From Ginkgo biloba (Eukaryota; Plantae; Ginkgophyta), in contig JANKJI020000002.1 in the NCBI GenBank assembly GCA_024626585.2, positions 68,317,464 to 68,343,066 on the forward strand: a stretch of DNA of 25,603 nt. The letters are read 5' to 3'. The position numbers were made by a program, and so were the translations under genes. Every line of letters starts with the position of its first letter. Position 1 is the first letter of the stretch. Below the pieces are notes generated by a model. It was not told the DNA's origin. It ran no database searches and saw only the letters and a program-made list of their open reading frames with translations. Below are positions 22,207 to 25,603 of this stretch, piece by piece.

Positions 22207-22984
22207 TTTTGGTACATGCATTCTTCTCCATTAATGTTATTTTGCAAGTTTAAACTTCCAAATATTTTCTCTTTGGATCTTAGATTCTTATTTTATCTCT
22301 TATTGGATTCTTTATCATGTTATTCATTAGAATATATCTTACTATCATAATATCATCATATGAAATTTAATATACTATTTGGTTTCTATGTAGAAGAGAT
22401 ACACATCAGAGGTCTACACATTTACAATCCAAATTATTTATTTTTTCCTTTGAGTAGGAATCATAGTTCTTTGTTATAATTAGGAAATAAAATCAAAGTA
22501 AAATCCACTATGCATGAGATAAAATATATGGTATAGCCTATGTATTCACCCAAAATACTTNNNNNNNNNNNNNNNNNNNNNNNNNNNNNNNNNNNNNNNN
22601 NNNNNNNNNNNNNNNNNNNNNNNNNNNNNNNNNNNNNNNNNNNNNNNNNNNNNNNNNNNNTGGTATAGCCTATGTATTCACCCAAAATACTTCCAAAATC
22701 CTATTTTCACATTTGGATCTAAAATTCAACTTTGGACCCTAGTTATTGAGGTCACCCTAATATATTTTACCTACCTAGGTTGATTGGAAACTTATAGAAA
22801 GATTATTTTCCTTAATGGAAATTTTATTTTTCTTTTCTTTCACTCTTTTAATGGTTCCTATTCTATGAATCCTACCCATTTTTTTGCATTAATTTGTATC
22901 AAATCAAGGATTCTCTTAGGCGATAAGTGTTATTTTCCAATTTACTTAATTTAGATTTTCTTTCTTTTTTAATTTTAGGTTACT

Positions 22985-25530
22985 ATGGTCAACACTCAAT
23001 CTATGATAAGGACTATAGGTAAAGTCCAAAACATGGAAAATTATTTTGATCAAGTTTAATCATAGATTGATTCTCTAATATCTCCAATTCATCCATTTAT
23101 TATGGTAATTCCTTTAGAGGATGAACAAGATCAATTGATCCATCTTAGTGATTTTGTAAAAGGGAAATTAAAACATAGAGTGGACTAGATTTAGCTTATG
23201 GTGATGGAAATGAAGAGGAATAATAAATATACAAAAGGAATGATGGTATTTTTAGTCGTCTTGATAGATCAATTTTAGACTTGACATATGGCATTGGCAC
23301 CAAACACTTAATATTCAAATTATTATCCTCCTCCTCCTCTTCCTTATTTATCTCATTTTGGCACTTCACATGTACAAACTTTATCTTCTCCTCNNNNNNN
23401 NNNNNNNNNNNNNNNNNNNNNGTGTAATATAAGGTGAATATAAAAATATTTTATGGGAATACGAATGTTAAATCCCTTGATTCTTGGATTAAATCTCTTA
23501 TAGTTTACTATTATTGTCAAAATTACACTAACTTGTAAAAAATTATATATTCCAAGCTTAAGATGTGTAGGAAAGGATTATTTGGTGGGAAACCATTTCA
23601 CTTATTTATTATTGGATATATCTTAAGAAATATATTAGGAATGATTTTTATCCTTTAGGATATAAAGATAAATATACCTAACTTGGAAGAACTTGCGACA
23701 GAAGGTGGGAAAATTATTTTCTAACTATTATGAGAAATTTCAAGACTTGTCCATACATATTTAAATTCAAGTGCATAAGGAAAATAAATTTTTAAAATTT
23801 GTAGGAGGATTTCATACCCAACTTCATCATGAATTTAAAATTTTTCCTTTGCATTCCTTATGATAGGCATATCATTTTTCTTCCAAATTTGAAGAAAGAA
23901 AGTGAACACTTCAACCCTTTCAAGGAAATGGTAATACCAAGGTGTCCTTTCCCTATAATTCATCAAACTCTCCTAATAATAAAAATAATTTTAATAAGGA
24001 AAATNNNNNNNNNNNNNNNNNNNNNNNNNNNNNNNNNNNNNNNNNNNNNNNNNNNNNNNNNNNNNNNNNNNNNNNNNNNNNNNNNNNNNNNNNNNNNNNN
24101 NNNNNNNNNNNNNNNNNNNNNNNNNNNNNNNNNNNNNNNNNNNNNNNNNNNNNNNNNNNNNNNNNNNNNNNNNNNNNNNNNNNNNNNNNNNNNNNNNNNN
24201 NNNNNNNTCTATGACTTCAAATCAAGAATAAGGTTATAATAGTAATCGCGAATAATGGGAGCTAAAAGAAGCTCATTATAATTGAGGTTGTGAAGGATCT
24301 TGTCTTAGAGACTATGGATCATATCAAAATTTATAAAATATCTATCAAGACTAGGTATGAGAGTGGCCATTTCACTAAGAAATGTACCTTTAAATGTTGA
24401 AACATAAAAAACAATATTTTTGATATTGTATGTGATGGCATTCCTACGGATTATAATAATGTTTTGGTAGGAATACCATATATTTATGATAAGAAGGATA
24501 GGTTCATTTTATTCTAAGGGAAATATCAATTATACAAATGTGAAAAAACTTTCTTTATAACTTATGCACCTATGGATAAATCCTCTTATTTACTCAATGT
24601 TTCTCAAGTTAAACACTTGGTTTAAGCTTCATAGAAGTTTGTCCTAGTCATGTTTAGGAATTCTAAAGATTTGATTTCAAAGACTCTAAAATAATTATAA
24701 ATTGCTATGATTTANNNNNNNNNNNNNNNNNNNNNNNNNNNNNNNNNNNNNNNNNNNNNNNNNNNNNNNNNNNNNNNNNNNNNNNNNNGTCCTCCTAAAG
24801 ACCTTCCACCTAAGAGGACTATCTCTAACGTATTGATTTTATACCTAGTGCCTCACTCTTAAATGGCATTCTATATCATAATTTAGTATTAGATAATGAA
24901 TAAATAAAATATCAATTTGAAGAACTACTAGATAAGTGGAATATCAAATCTAGTGATTTACCATGTGAATCATAATTACTTTTATTTTAAAAGAAGGATG
25001 GCTCTTAAAAGTGCATTAAATTTTAAACCATTAATAAAATCATTATAAAAAATAAGTATCCACTACCTCAAATCAATAACATTCATGATAAAATTTAGGG
25101 AGACCAATTATTTAATAATATTTATCAAAATGATCATTCGATGGCTTGCCAAAAATCCATTTCAATACCACATGTAGCCTAGTTGTTATTCATACATGTT
25201 TGGGTTCATTATAGTTTTCTTTATTTAATTATTTATGAATGAGAGACCATATTTATTAGTCACTTATGGAATAATATTTAGGTTATTATGAACATCAAAC
25301 TTCATTGGTCCATTTATTTTCATCAATAGACTAACAAATATATAGAGGTTGTCAATAAGACATTATTTCATGCTCTTCAAATTTACAACCATAGTTATCC
25401 TAAGACTTGGGATAAGTGCCTTATTTATATCTAGCATAGTTATAATAGAGATATTTATAACTATATTGATATATCTCCTTTTGAGACATGCTCGATATTC
25501 CTTCCTAAGGAACCTATTGATTTAAACCTT
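22985..25530 (+). mobile_element. pol: Degenerate chromovirus/CRM-like Ty3/gypsy gag-pol with an internal deletion (gag - protease - RT N-terminus fused to integrase core)
   Basis: Start MVNTQS. Gag: KVNIKIFYGNTNVKSLDSWIKSLIVYY...KLKM...WW and FYPLGY...WKNLRQ (23421-23830). Protease: NNGS*KKLI...KKCTFK...VCDGIP.D...GIPYL (24245-24560). RT: LPPKR...EELLDK...KKDGS...INKIIIKNKYPLPQI (24790-25125). Integrase: HVWVHY...FHQ*TNKYIEVVNKTL...PKTWD...HSYNR...SPFETC (25121-25530). Confidence 0.9.
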
Positions 25531-25603
25531 TCTATTTTATCACCTTCTTGTTGTTTGTGGAGCCAAATTATCTTCCTAATTCAGAGGTCTTATTTCAATC
25601 ACA

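Noticed and set aside
22529-22692. Perfect 32-bp direct repeat TGGTATAGCCTATGTATTCACCCAAAATACTT at 22529-22560 and 22661-22692 (CRISPR-repeat-sized)
   Set aside because: The two copies exactly flank a 100-N gap and are identical in otherwise decayed DNA. This is an unmerged contig overlap (assembly artefact), not a CRISPR array or biological repeat.

Overview
This window is AT-rich eukaryotic DNA from a fragmented draft assembly with many N gaps. It looks like plant nuclear DNA, and the retroelement motifs resemble gymnosperm families (inference). There are no prokaryotic operons, RNA genes or CRISPR arrays. Most of it is nested, heavily decayed retroelement debris. A Tat/Athila-like Ty3/gypsy pol (RT-RNaseH-integrase, YLDD at 12010) lies at 11676-13324, with a second integrase piece after it. 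Several chromovirus/CRM-like gypsy pieces (gag, protease, RT, RNaseH, integrase) come with three related LTR copies, PPTs and a putative PBS. Also present are archaeal-type RNase H remnants, gag remnants and a LINE RT fragment. Many in-frame stops are single C>T/G>A changes. The one long uninterrupted ORF (16365-17581+, Arg/Ser-rich) is a less AT-rich island of unknown identity that may be a spliced gene in early pseudogenisation. Two chromovirus-like elements carry large internal deletions that are not at assembly gaps. I found no convincing new multi-gene system. All translations and family calls were made by eye from remembered consensus motifs, not from database searches.
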